Shown here one piece after another: positions 22,503 to 31,994 of a stretch of DNA of 32,765 bases. Below the pieces are notes generated by a model. That model was given only the letters and a program-made list of their open reading frames with translations, searched no databases and had not been told where the DNA came from. The stretch is from an uncultured delta proteobacterium (lineage in GTDB: Bacteria; Desulfobacterota; Syntrophia; Syntrophales; UBA2192), in the NCBI GenBank assembly GCA_963705165.1, contig CAVPJD010000035.1, positions 1 through 32,765 of the forward strand. The letters run 5' to 3'. Position 1 is the stretch's first letter; every line of letters starts with the position of its first letter. The translations under genes were made by a program, and so were the position numbers.

Positions 22503-22635
22503 GAGCAGCGGAAACATGCGATTGACCACCGGCTCACCCAAACTTCTCAATTTGACAATTTCTACTCTTGGATGTGCTGCACGACAAGCGACAAATAAAG
22601 ACAATGTATAGTCTGAGAAAAGAAAGGACTCAAGC

Positions 22636-23958
22636 ATGGCCATTCCCAAAGAAAACCCGGTGATGTTCCTCGTCACCGACGAGTACAACGAGTTGAAAAG
22701 CAAGGTCCACGACCGGCTGGTGGACATGCTGGACCTCTCCCTGATCGACTCCCTCGACCGGCAACTCCTCAAGCAGGAGATCCGGCGGCTCACGGACCGG
22801 ATCCTCGCGGAGGAGCGGACCACGACGCCGATGAACTACGAGGAGCGGGAGCAGTTCCACGAGGAGATCTTCAACGAGGTGCTCGGACTGGGGCCCATCG
22901 AGCCCTTTATGCACGACCCGACCGTCTCGGACATCCTGGTCAACTCCTACCGCCACGTCTACGTGGAGCGCTACGGGAAGATCCAGCTCACGGGGACGCG
23001 CTTCAAGGACGACACGCACCTGAAGAAGATCATCGACCGAATCGTCTCGGCCGTGGGCCGCCGCATCGACGAGTCCTCTCCCATGGTGGACGCGCGGCTC
23101 GCCGACGGCTCCCGCGTCAACGCCGTCGTCCCGCCGGTCTCCGTCGACGGCCCGTCGCTTTCCATCCGGCGCTTCGCCGTCGATCCCCTGGAGATGGACG
23201 ATCTGCTGACGCTGAAAACCCTCATCCCCGAGATCGGCGAGCTTGTCAAAGGCGTCGTGAAGGCGCGGCTCAACATCGTCATCTCCGGGGGAACGGGAAG
23301 CGGCAAGACGACGCTGCTCAACGTGCTCTCCCGGTTCATCCCGCCCAACGAGCGGATCGTCACGATCGAGGACTCGGCGGAGCTCCAGATGAAGCAGGAG
23401 CACGTCGTCCGTCTCGAGACGCGGCCCCCGAACATCGAGGGCAAGGGCGAGATCACCCAGCGCGACCTCGTGCGCAACAGCCTCCGCATGCGGCCCGACC
23501 GCATCATCGTGGGCGAGGTGCGAAGCGCCGAGGTGCTCGACATGCTTCAGGCCATGAACACGGGCCACGACGGGTCGATCACGACGATCCACGCCAACAC
23601 GCCGCGGGATGCCCTGCTGAGGCTCGAGACGCTCGTCGCCATGACGGGCCTCAACATTCCCAACGAGGCTGTCCGGCGCTACATCAGCTCGGCCATCCAC
23701 GTCATCATCCACATCTCGCGCCTCATCGACGGAAGCCGCAAGGTGGTGAGCTTTCAGGAGATCACGGGCATGGAAGGCAACACCGTGACGATGCAGGAGA
23801 TCGTGGCCTTCGAGCAGACCGGGCTGGACGAGAACGGCCGGGTGAAGGGGAAGTTCGTCATGCGGGGCTTCCTGCCGAAGTTCATGGAGCGCTTTGCCGC
23901 CATGGGCGTTCCCATCCCGTACAACATCTTCGAGGCCAATAAATCTTTTGAAATCTAG
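22636..23958 (+). CDS. cpaF: Tad pilus assembly ATPase CpaF/TadA
   Basis: [68 protein letters not shown]. Confidence 0.97.
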   Translation: MAIPKENPVMFLVTDEYNELKSKVHDRLVDMLDLSLIDSLDRQLLKQEIRRLTDRILAEERTTTPMNYEEREQFHEEIFNEVLGLGPIEPFMHDPTVSDILVNSYRHVYVERYGKIQLTGTRFKDDTHLKKIIDRIVSAVGRRIDESSPMVDARLADGSRVNAVVPPVSVDGPSLSIRRFAVDPLEMDDLLTLKTLIPEIGELVKGVVKARLNIVISGGTGSGKTTLLNVLSRFIPPNERIVTIEDSAELQMKQEHVVRLETRPPNIEGKGEITQRDLVRNSLRMRPDRIIVGEVRSAEVLDMLQAMNTGHDGSITTIHANTPRDALLRLETLVAMTGLNIPNEAVRRYISSAIHVIIHISRLIDGSRKVVSFQEITGMEGNTVTMQEIVAFEQTGLDENGRVKGKFVMRGFLPKFMERFAAMGVPIPYNIFEANKSFEI

Positions 23959-23975
23959 CTCCAGGGAGCGCAGCA

Positions 23976-24947
23976 ATGGATCTCATCCTGTTCCTAGGCA
24001 TTTTTATCGTTGTCCTGGTCCTGGCCCAGGCGCTGTTCATGTTTGTCCGGAGCCGCTTCAACCCCGAGGTGGTCCGGCTCAAGCGCGAGATTTCGACCCT
24101 TTCGGCGGGCCGCAACGGCGCAAGCGGGGTCGACATCGTCAAGAAGAGGACCCTGAGCCAGATTCCCTGGCTCAACGAGATCCTCGTCAATCTCCAGAGC
24201 GCCGACGATCAGCCGCCTGGAACGGCTCCACCAGCAGGCCGATGCAAGGCAGCCCCTGGGCTTCTTCATCCTTCTGTCGGTGGCCACGGCGGCGGGCGGA
24301 GCATATCTGACGTTTGTTATGAGCCGGAGTGTGCTGGCGGCCCTCGTCGCCGCGGGGCTGGCGGCCTTCTTCCCTGGGTCTATCTGTCCTTCAGGAAGAA
24401 TAGACGGCTCCGGGATTTCGAGCGGCAGCTCCCCGACGCCCTCGACATGATCGCCCGGGCCCTGAAAGCGGGGCATGCCCTTACGGGCGGCTTCCAGATG
24501 GTGGCCATGGAATTTGCCGACCCGGCACGGACCGAGTTCCGCAAGACGCTCGACGAGATCAACTTTGGCCAGAGCTACGAGGATGCCCTGCGCAATATGT
24601 CCAAACGCTTCGACTGTCCCGATCTGAAATTTTTCGTCCTGTCCGTGATCATCCAGCGGCAGAGCGGCGGCAACATGGCCGAGATCCTCGAGAAGATCGG
24701 CAGCCTGATCCGGGAGCGCTTCAAGCTCTTCGGCAAGGTCAAGGCCCTGACGGGGGAGGCCAGGATATCGGCCGTCGTCCTCACGATCCTTCCCTTTGCG
24801 ATCGCGGCGTCCATCTACTTCCTGAACAGAGACTATCTGGAAGTCCTGTTCACGGAGCCCGCGGGGCAGATCATGGTCGGCGCAGCCGCGGTCATGATGG
24901 TCCTCGGCATTTTCGTCATGAAAAGAATGATCACCATCGAGGTTTGA
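23976..24947 (+). CDS. tadB: TadB inner-membrane platform protein (compensating indels ~24205 and ~24365)
   Basis: FERQLPDALDMIARALKAGH, IQRQSGGNMAEIL, KVKALTGEARIS. The TM segment (LGFFILLSVATAAGGAYL) lies in another frame between the two indels. Confidence 0.92.
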   Translation: MDLILFLGIFIVVLVLAQALFMFVRSRFNPEVVRLKREISTLSAGRNGASGVDIVKKRTLSQIPWLNEILVNLQSADDQPPGTAPPAGRCKAAPGLLHPSVGGHGGGRSISDVCYEPECAGGPRRRGAGGLLPWVYLSFRKNRRLRDFERQLPDALDMIARALKAGHALTGGFQMVAMEFADPARTEFRKTLDEINFGQSYEDALRNMSKRFDCPDLKFFVLSVIIQRQSGGNMAEILEKIGSLIRERFKLFGKVKALTGEARISAVVLTILPFAIAASIYFLNRDYLEVLFTEPAGQIMVGAAAVMMVLGIFVMKRMITIEV

Positions 24948-24960
24948 AAGGAGTTCTCCC

Positions 24961-25920
24961 ATGCTTGACATGGCCATCGTCGTCTCGGCCCTCGTTTTCT
25001 TCGGCACGATGCTGCTCCTGCTCGCGGGGTTTCAGTATCTGAAGTACCGCCTGGAGCATGCGAAGCTCGTCGAAAAGGTGAAAACGGGCGGTCTGGCGAG
25101 CCGGGTGGGCGACTACGTCCCGGAAGCGCCCGAAACGGGCAGTCCCATGAAGAATCTTTTCCTGAAAACGTCGATCTGGGCCGGCGGTCTGACTCGACCG
25201 AAGGAGAACGGTTCGGAAGCCTCCGCCCTCAGGAGTCTTTTTCTGAAAGCGGGCATCCGGCATCCCAGCGCGGCGGCCGTGTTCTGGGGCGCCAAGGTGC
25301 TCTTTGCCGTGGCGCTGCCTTTTCTGTCTTTCTTCGTCCAGGCGTTTGCGGAAAGCGGCTTCCTTCGTTTCCAGGTGCTTTTGATCATGGGGGTGCTTGC
25401 ACTGCTTGGGTTCTATCTTCCCGACCTCTACCTGATGTTGAGGATCCGGCTGCGGAAGGAAAAGATCGTCAAGGGGTTTCCCGACGCCCTCGACCTTCTC
25501 GTGGTCTGCGTCGAGGCGGGGATGGGGCTTGACGCAGCCATCAACCGCGTGGCCGAGGAGATCCAGCTGAGCAGCCAGGTGATCAGCGACGAGTTCAAGA
25601 TCCTCAACCTGGAGCTGCGTGCCGGAAAATCGCGCATCGACGCCCTGAGAAATCTCGGCATCCGCACGGACGTGGAGGAGGTCCGAAGCTTCGCCACACT
25701 GCTCATCCAGACGGACCGCTTCGGCACCAGCGTGGCCCAGGCCCTCCGGGTGCACTCCGATTCGATGAGGACCCGGCGATACCAGAAAGCCGAGGAGCTG
25801 GCCGCCAAGCTGCCGGTGAAGATGATGTTTCCTTTGATTTTCTTCATCTTCCCGGCCATCTTCGTCATCGTCGTCGGCCCGGCGGCCATCCAGATCTATC
25901 AATCGATCATTGCGCGCTAG
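24961..25920 (+). CDS. tadC: TadC inner-membrane platform protein
   Basis: FPDALDLLVVCVEAGMGLDAA, LIQTDRFGTSVAQALR, AEELAAKLPVKMMFPLIFFIFP. Confidence 0.95.
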   Translation: MLDMAIVVSALVFFGTMLLLLAGFQYLKYRLEHAKLVEKVKTGGLASRVGDYVPEAPETGSPMKNLFLKTSIWAGGLTRPKENGSEASALRSLFLKAGIRHPSAAAVFWGAKVLFAVALPFLSFFVQAFAESGFLRFQVLLIMGVLALLGFYLPDLYLMLRIRLRKEKIVKGFPDALDLLVVCVEAGMGLDAAINRVAEEIQLSSQVISDEFKILNLELRAGKSRIDALRNLGIRTDVEEVRSFATLLIQTDRFGTSVAQALRVHSDSMRTRRYQKAEELAAKLPVKMMFPLIFFIFPAIFVIVVGPAAIQIYQSIIAR

Positions 25921-25930
25921 GAGGGATTCC

Positions 25931-27041
25931 ATGAGCCATATGACTCGCTTTATCCTGATTGCCGCGGTTGCCGTTGTCTTCGTTTCCGTCAACAGCTGCA
26001 GTGGCGTGAACTATTTCTCGGGCTACGTGAAATCCTGGGAATCGAAGGCGCCCGGCCGGGATACCCTGGCAAACGGCATGAACCGCTTCGTCGGATCGGT
26101 AAGAGCCTCGCAGGGCAACCCCGATGCGCACTACCTTCTCGGGGACTACCACCAGGGGCGGGGCCGTCACCGGGAGGCGATCGAGGAGTTCAACAAGGCC
26201 ATCCGGATCGACCCGCTCTACGTGAAGGCCTTCAACGGGATCGCCGTCTCGCTGGATCAGACGGGGGAACATCGAAAGGGCCCAGGAGTACTACCAGGCC
26301 GCGCTGGCTATCAAGCCGGAGCTCGATTATCTGTACAACAACCTGGGCTATTCCTTCCTGCTGCAGGAGCGCTACGAGGAGGCCGCGGCGGCCTTCGAAA
26401 AGGCTAACGCCCTCGCGGGGGGACAGACGAGCCGCATCCGCAACAACCTGGCCCTTGCCAACAGCGCCCTCGGGAAGGTAGACCCCGCCGCGGTGCCCGA
26501 CAACCCGAGACACCAGGCCCTCGTCGAGTACACCGCGGCGAATCATCTCCTGAAGAACGGCGGCTTCGAAGAGGCTCGCGATCATTACGGGAAGGCCCTG
26601 ACGCTGGACCCTGATCTGCGCGGGGCGCGCAAGGGGGCGGAAGTCGCCACCCTGCTTGCCGATGTGAAGCGCTATATGGACGGGGAAGGGGCCATCGTTG
26701 TGGACGGGAAGGACAAGCTGGCGATGATCGGCCGCGACGGTGTCGAGATCTCCAACGGAAACGGTGTGACCGGCATGGCGAAGGACGTGGGCAACTTTCT
26801 GAAAAGGCAGGGCTTCAACGTCGTGCGTCTCACGAATGCCGAGCATTTCCAGCACTCGAAGGCAAACGTCTACTACAGGGGCGATGCCGAATTCACGGCT
26901 CTCCAGGTCAAGGGTGCCATTCCCGGCATCACGCAGATGAAGAAGGTCGGCGGTTTCGACCGGGACGGCATAAAGGTGAGAGTCGTCGTGGGCCGGGACC
27001 TGGCCGGTGAGAGAAAAACCTTCAAAGAAGGGGAAAATTGA
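25931..27041 (+). CDS. Exported TPR protein with C-terminal LytR_C-like domain (one indel ~26275)
   Basis: Signal peptide, TPRs (DAHYLLG, YNNLGYSF, RNNLALA), then VEISNGNGVTGMA..FL..QGF....NA.....VYY....VVVGRD (LytR_C pattern). Confidence 0.8.
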
Positions 27042-28009
27042 TGAAAGCAATCCGGACGAATCCGGTCCTCCTGCTGATGGCGGTGTGGATCGCCGCGGCC
27101 GCTCTTGCCGGTTGTGCCTCTTCGGGCACGAAGGACACCGCAGTGAGGGACGAGTACAAGCGGATGCTCGAGATGCAGAAAAACATCGAGGCCGCAAACG
27201 CTGCCGGGGCGACCCTGAAGGAGCTGCCGGAAATGGATGCCCGGGGGCTCGAACAGGCCGGCGACAACTATGTCCGGCAGGGCAATCCCGCCATGGCCTT
27301 CGTTCAGTATGAAAAGGCGCTTACCAAGGACCCGAAGCTCCAGAGCGCGCGGTATAAAAGAGGGCTGCTTCTTCTCAGCCGGGGGATGAACGCGGAAGCC
27401 CTGAAGACGTTCGACGAGATCCTGGCCCAGGACCCCCAAAACGCGCTGGCCCTGGAAGGCCGCGGGCGGGCCAGGATGGCCGCCGGCGACATCGACGGGG
27501 CCATGGAAAGCTATAACAGGGCTCTGGCCGCGGACCCGAAACTGTGGCAGGCCTATGCCCTCCGGGGCGTTGTGTACGATCAGAAAAGGAACTATGATGC
27601 GGCCATCGCGGAATACGAGAAGGCCATCGCAATCAATGCAAAATCGAGCCTGCTGTTCAACAACCTGGGAATGTCCTTCTACCTGAAGGACGACTATCAG
27701 AAGGCGATCGACGCTTATATAAAGGCCGTTCGCATCGACAGCTCGAACCGCAGGGTGTTCAACAATATGGGGCTTGCCCTCTTCAAGCTGGGGCGCTACG
27801 ACGATGCCTTGCTCGCATTCAAGCAAGGGAGCGACGAAGCCGCCGCCTACAACAACATGGGGTGCCTCTATATGGCGGACAACAAATACGCCGAGGCGAA
27901 AACGGCCTTCGAGAAAGCTATCGGCATGAAGCCGAACTACTTTGCCAAGGCCCATGAGAATCTCAAGAAGGCCGAATCGGCCCTTGCGGTCAGTCCCAGG
28001 ATTCAGTGA
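27041..28009 (+). CDS. tadD: TPR lipoprotein, TadD/pilotin-like
   Basis: Lipobox LAGC; multiple TPRs (FNNLGMS, FNNMGLA, AAYNNMG, AHENL). Start overlaps the previous stop (TGATG). Confidence 0.8.
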   Translation: MKAIRTNPVLLLMAVWIAAAALAGCASSGTKDTAVRDEYKRMLEMQKNIEAANAAGATLKELPEMDARGLEQAGDNYVRQGNPAMAFVQYEKALTKDPKLQSARYKRGLLLLSRGMNAEALKTFDEILAQDPQNALALEGRGRARMAAGDIDGAMESYNRALAADPKLWQAYALRGVVYDQKRNYDAAIAEYEKAIAINAKSSLLFNNLGMSFYLKDDYQKAIDAYIKAVRIDSSNRRVFNNMGLALFKLGRYDDALLAFKQGSDEAAAYNNMGCLYMADNKYAEAKTAFEKAIGMKPNYFAKAHENLKKAESALAVSPRIQ

Positions 28010-28149
28010 GATGAACTGTGTTGCTCGCTCGAGGGCAGGTGCCGCCGAGGACCTGCCTTTCTCATGTAGCCTCGTTCCGGGATATTGATACCGCGACCGA
28101 ACGGGACGGAATGTTTTATGCCTGATGAGAGTAAAGGAGAACGGTAACC

Positions 28150-29393
28150 ATGGCAGCCGCAAAGATCGCTTTGTCCAGGTCCATCGAGCAAACGGGGATC
28201 CGCAAGAATCTTCTCGAAGACCTCGCGCTCAAGATCATCTATCTCGTGGGGGAGACATCCCTGAACGAACTGGCCCGCCAGATGGGGCTTTCCAACAAGA
28301 TCGTGGAGGAGCTTTTCCAGCGCCTGCGAAAGGATCAGCTCTGCCAGGTCACCGGCATGACCGGCGGCACGCACCGTGTCGTCGCTTCCTCGGGAGGGAG
28401 ATCCCGGGCCCTGGAGCTGCTTGCCCAGAACCAATACGTCGGTCCCGCGCCCGTGTCGCTCGAGGACTATGTCGATCGAATCCGCGCGCAGAGCGTGCTC
28501 GACAACCGGATCACCCCGGAAGATGTCCTCGCGCCTTCGCAGACCTGGTGCTCGACAGCAGGACCCTGCACCAGCTCGGTGTCGCGGCGACGTCCGGCCG
28601 GGGCATTTTTCTCTACGGGCCTACCGGGACGGGTAAGACGACCATCGCCGAGACGCTCACCCGACTCTTCGATCACGACCCCGTCTGGGTTCCTTACGCG
28701 GTGGAGGTGGACGGTCAGATCATCACGGTTTACGATCCCGTTCTGCACCAGCGCCTCGAGCAGACCGCGGACCCGGAGCAGGACGGCCGCTGGGTGAGGT
28801 GCCGCCGGCCCCGCATGATGGTGGGCGGCGAGCTGACGATAGAAATGCTCGATCTCCAGTTCAATTCCGGCACCCGGTTCTACACGGGACCGGTCCAGAT
28901 GAAGTCCAACAACGGGGTGCTGATTATCGACGACTTCGGCCGTCAGCGCGTCAGCCCCGAGGAGCTGCTCAATCGCTGGGTCGTGCCCCTGGACCGCCGG
29001 ATCGACTTTATCACGCTGGCTGGCGGCAGGAAGATAGAGATTCCTTTCGACCTGCTGGTCGTCTTTGCCACCAACCTCGATCCGGCCAAACTGGTGGACG
29101 AGGCGTTTCTTCGCCGCATTCAGACGAAAATCAAGGTCGACTTCATGACACCCGACCAGTTCCGCGAGATCTTCAGGCGTCTCTGCGAGCGGCACGAGCT
29201 CCATTACGAGGCGGAACTGGCCGACGGCCTGATCCGGATGATCGAACAGGAATACAAGGAACCCCTGCGGGCCTGCTACCCGCGGGACATCCTTCAGCAG
29301 GTCCTCTGGATGGCCCAGTACAGGCAGAAAGAACCCGCGCTCGACCGCAAGGCCATCGAGAATGCCTGTCAGAATTACTTCCTGGCGCTCTAG
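28150..29393 (+). CDS. AAA+ ATPase with N-terminal winged-helix-like region (one indel ~28530)
   Basis: LEDLALKIIY..SLNELARQMGL..YVGPAPVSLEDY | FLYGPTGTGKT (Walker A), LIIDDFGRQ (Walker B), FATNL..DEAFLRRI (sensor 1/Arg finger). Confidence 0.85.
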
Positions 29394-29400
29394 CAGATTC

Positions 29401-29449
29401 CCTCGGCGGGCAAAGGCATTGCGGTGCCTATTGCCTTTCCCTGCCGGGG
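29401..29449 (+). terminator. Long hairpin closing the Tad locus
   Basis: CCTCGGCGGGCAAAGGCA / TGCCTTTCCCTGCCGGGG: 18-bp stem with one mismatch and two G-U pairs, 8 nt after the ATPase stop. Confidence 0.6.
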
Positions 29450-29635
29450 GCGTAAATTAATAATAGAAGAGTAATCGCCCGCTAATCCCGGAGTCCATCT
29501 CAAGATCTTAATCAATTTGCGTTGCACATCCCCTTCGGCCGTTGTCGTTTTCTCCATCCCTGCAGTCAGCGATTTGCTTCTTGCCGGTTTCCCCGGGCGG
29601 GCCCATAGCCCCGGCGGGCACGAGGAGGTGTCGCC

Positions 29636-29794
29636 ATGAAGTGGCACTGCAAGGAGTGCGGGCGCCTTTCCCTGAGGCTCAACAAAGAGGAAGAGTGCCC
29701 CGAGTGTGCAAGGAAGGATGAGACGCTGAAGTCATACTTCACGAGACTGCGCTTCACCGCCCCCAGCTGCGCGAGACTGGTGCCGGTAAATTGA
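29636..29794 (+). CDS. 52-aa putative zinc-ribbon protein
   Basis: GAGGAGGT RBS; MKWHCKECGRLSLRLNKEEECPECARKDETLKSYFTRLRFTAPSCARLVPVN*; CxxC-x12-CxxC. Below the ORF-track cutoff. Confidence 0.75.
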   Translation: MKWHCKECGRLSLRLNKEEECPECARKDETLKSYFTRLRFTAPSCARLVPVN

Positions 29795-29889
29795 TCCTGC
29801 CGCCCTTCTCTTGCTTGTAGCGGATCTCCCCATCCGGCCTTTACAAAGGCTGAATGGAAATCCCTGCGCCTATCCCGCAGTAGGCTCCG

Positions 29890-30277
29890 TCGCTGAAATC
29901 CAGATTTATTTCATCCCACCGGACCCGAGGCCGAGCTGTTCGTCCTGGACGAAGTTTCGGCGCGCAAGCTGTTGGCGAACTCGCCGCCGCGCTGCTGCTC
30001 TTTTGGGATGAGACTGAACCGGCCCAACCCTATGTGCTCTTTTCGATCATCGATCTCTATTGCATCCCGAAGGTGCGCGTCCAGCGTCCGATCGCCCTTA
30101 ACAGCCGCCGAGTGAAGGCCAAGTGGCTGCTGGATCGCCGTCATGGCCGGGCGTTCGCGGAGCCTCAAGGATGCGTTTGCTGCGATGGCCAACTACCTGG
30201 ATCACGGGATGTTGACCGACTTGCGGCGTCTGGAGGCTCACGGCGACTTCGTGGGCGAGACCTTGGAGACACTCTGA
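29890..30277 (+). CDS. 3' part of an unidentified gene, no visible 5' end, many indels
   Basis: Protein-like pieces in shifting frames (EAELFVLDEVSARKL; AALLLFWDETEPAQPYVLFSIIDLYCIPKVRV; MANYLDHGMLTDLRRLEAHGDFVGETLETL*). The stop abuts the next ATG. Confidence 0.45.
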
Positions 30278-31399
30278 ATGCGTTTGACAAAACAGCTCTC
30301 GTTGCTTTTGATCGGCCTGTTTATGGTTACGCAGTTGACCATAGGGGCGGCCGCGGAAAGCCCCGATCGCCTCGTGCTGGCGTTCTACTACAACTGGTTC
30401 GACGAGAATAGCTGGGGCCCGAACAAGGTGTCGGATCGCCCGCTGGAGACGTACGTTTCCCGCGATCGGGCCGCGATGGCCAGGCAGATCGAGCAGGCCA
30501 AGGCGGCGGGCATCGACGCGCTGGTGGTGAACTGGTGGGGTCCGCAAGCCGACAACCAGACGGAGACCAACCTGAGGGCCATGCTGGACGAGGCGGGGGC
30601 CCGCGGCTTTCGCCTGGCAGTGGACGTGGACATGAATTCGCCTTATCTGCGGGGGCCGGCGCGATTCAGGCTGCCATGAGCGCGCTGCTGAACACCACGC
30701 CAGGCATGGCGCCTACCTGAAGGTGGACGGCAAACCGGTGGTGTTCTTTTATCACCAGAATGCCCGGCTGAGCACGAACGGTTGGGCAGCCATCCGTAAC
30801 GCGGTGGACCCCGGCCGGAACAGCCTGTGGATCGAAGAGGGAGTCGATGTTTCGCCGCTGACGGTATTTGATGGGCACCACCTGTACTCGGTGACCTGGG
30901 CCAATCGCACCGACATGAGCTACACGGCCAATAAATTCGCGCGCCTGGTCCGGGCCAAAGCCGCTGCGCTCGGCGTGCCCAAGGTCTACGTCGCGACCGT
31001 CATGCCGGGATACGATGATCGCAAGACCGGCCGGGGTGCAGCCTTTGCGGTGGGCCGCGAGGACGGCGCCTATTATGCCCGCTCGTGGCAGGCAGCCATC
31101 GGCAGCGCGCCGGACTGGATCGTGATCAACAGCTTCAACGAATGGCCCGAAGGTACGTACATCGAGCCAAGCCAGGCCTATGGCAACAGTTACCTGGACT
31201 GACCGCGCAGTGGGCGGCGGCGTTCCGAGGATCTGCCCCGCCCCCGCCTACCCCCGGCGCCGAAGCCCAAGGTCGCCGCGCCTGCGCAGCCCAACCGAAG
31301 CCGGCGGCCGCTACTCCGAAGCCGACCCTGGCTCCGACGCCGACACGGACGCCCCTGCCTTACCAGAGCCGGGGAGTTTTCCGAAGGCCGGGGAGGTGA
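30278..31399 (+). CDS. Secreted glycoside hydrolase, GH99/GH71-like, with Pro/Thr-rich tail (indels)
   Basis: Signal peptide; VLAFYYNWF, QIEQAKAAGIDALVVNWWG, YLKVDGKPVVFFY, VMPGYDD, INSFNEWPEGTYIEP, then PKPTLAPTPTRTP. Confidence 0.8.
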
Positions 31400-31452
31400 G
31401 CGTGGTCGGAAGTGGCATAAACAATCACAACTGGACTCATCGGAGGTGCATC

Positions 31453-31986
31453 GTGATTGATCCTTCCTACATCGAAGAAGTTCTTATCCCGGAGGACAAG
31501 CTTCAGGCCCGCATCGCCGAGCTGGGCGCGGCGGTCAGCCGGGACTACGCCGGCCAAGATCTGCTCCTGCTGGCGGTTCTGAAAGGCAGTGTCCTCTTTC
31601 TCGCCGACCTGATGCGACACATCACCGTGCCGCACGCCATAGATTTCATGGCGACCTCCAGCTACGGCACCGCGTTCGAATCATCGGGCGTCGTGCGCAT
31701 CCTCAAGATCGATCAATCCATCGAGGACCGCGATGTGCTGATCGTGGAGGACATCATAGACACGGGCCGGACGCTGGATTACCTGGTCCGCATCCTGCGG
31801 GCGCGCCCGGCCAGCTTCCCTGGAGATCTGCACGCTCCTGAACAAGCCTGCCAGGCGGGAGGTGACGTGCCCGTCAAATACATCGGCTTCAATATTCCCG
31901 ACAAATTCGTGCTGGGTTATGGTCTGGATTTTCACGAGAAGTACCGGAATCTGCCTTATGTGGCCGTGCTGGAGCCGAAACACTAA
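31453..31986 (+). CDS. hpt: Hypoxanthine phosphoribosyltransferase (internal compensating indels)
   Basis: GGAGGT RBS + GTG; VLKGSVLFLADL, DFMATSSYG, PRPP motif VLIVEDIIDTGRTL, FVLGYGLDFHEKYRNLPY. Confidence 0.93.
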   Translation: MIDPSYIEEVLIPEDKLQARIAELGAAVSRDYAGQDLLLLAVLKGSVLFLADLMRHITVPHAIDFMATSSYGTAFESSGVVRILKIDQSIEDRDVLIVEDIIDTGRTLDYLVRILRARPASFPGDLHAPEQACQAGGDVPVKYIGFNIPDKFVLGYGLDFHEKYRNLPYVAVLEPKH

Positions 31987-31994
31987 ACGGGCGA

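Noticed and set aside
11540..29450. Tad region as an integrative mobile island
   Set aside because: No integrase, transposase, tRNA or flanking direct repeats seen; core tad genes have host-like codon usage and a host-type tandem array.
31180..31452. N-terminal extension of Hpt in the ORF track
   Set aside because: It is an out-of-frame reading of the glycoside hydrolase tail; an RBS and GTG at 31453 give a normal-length Hpt.
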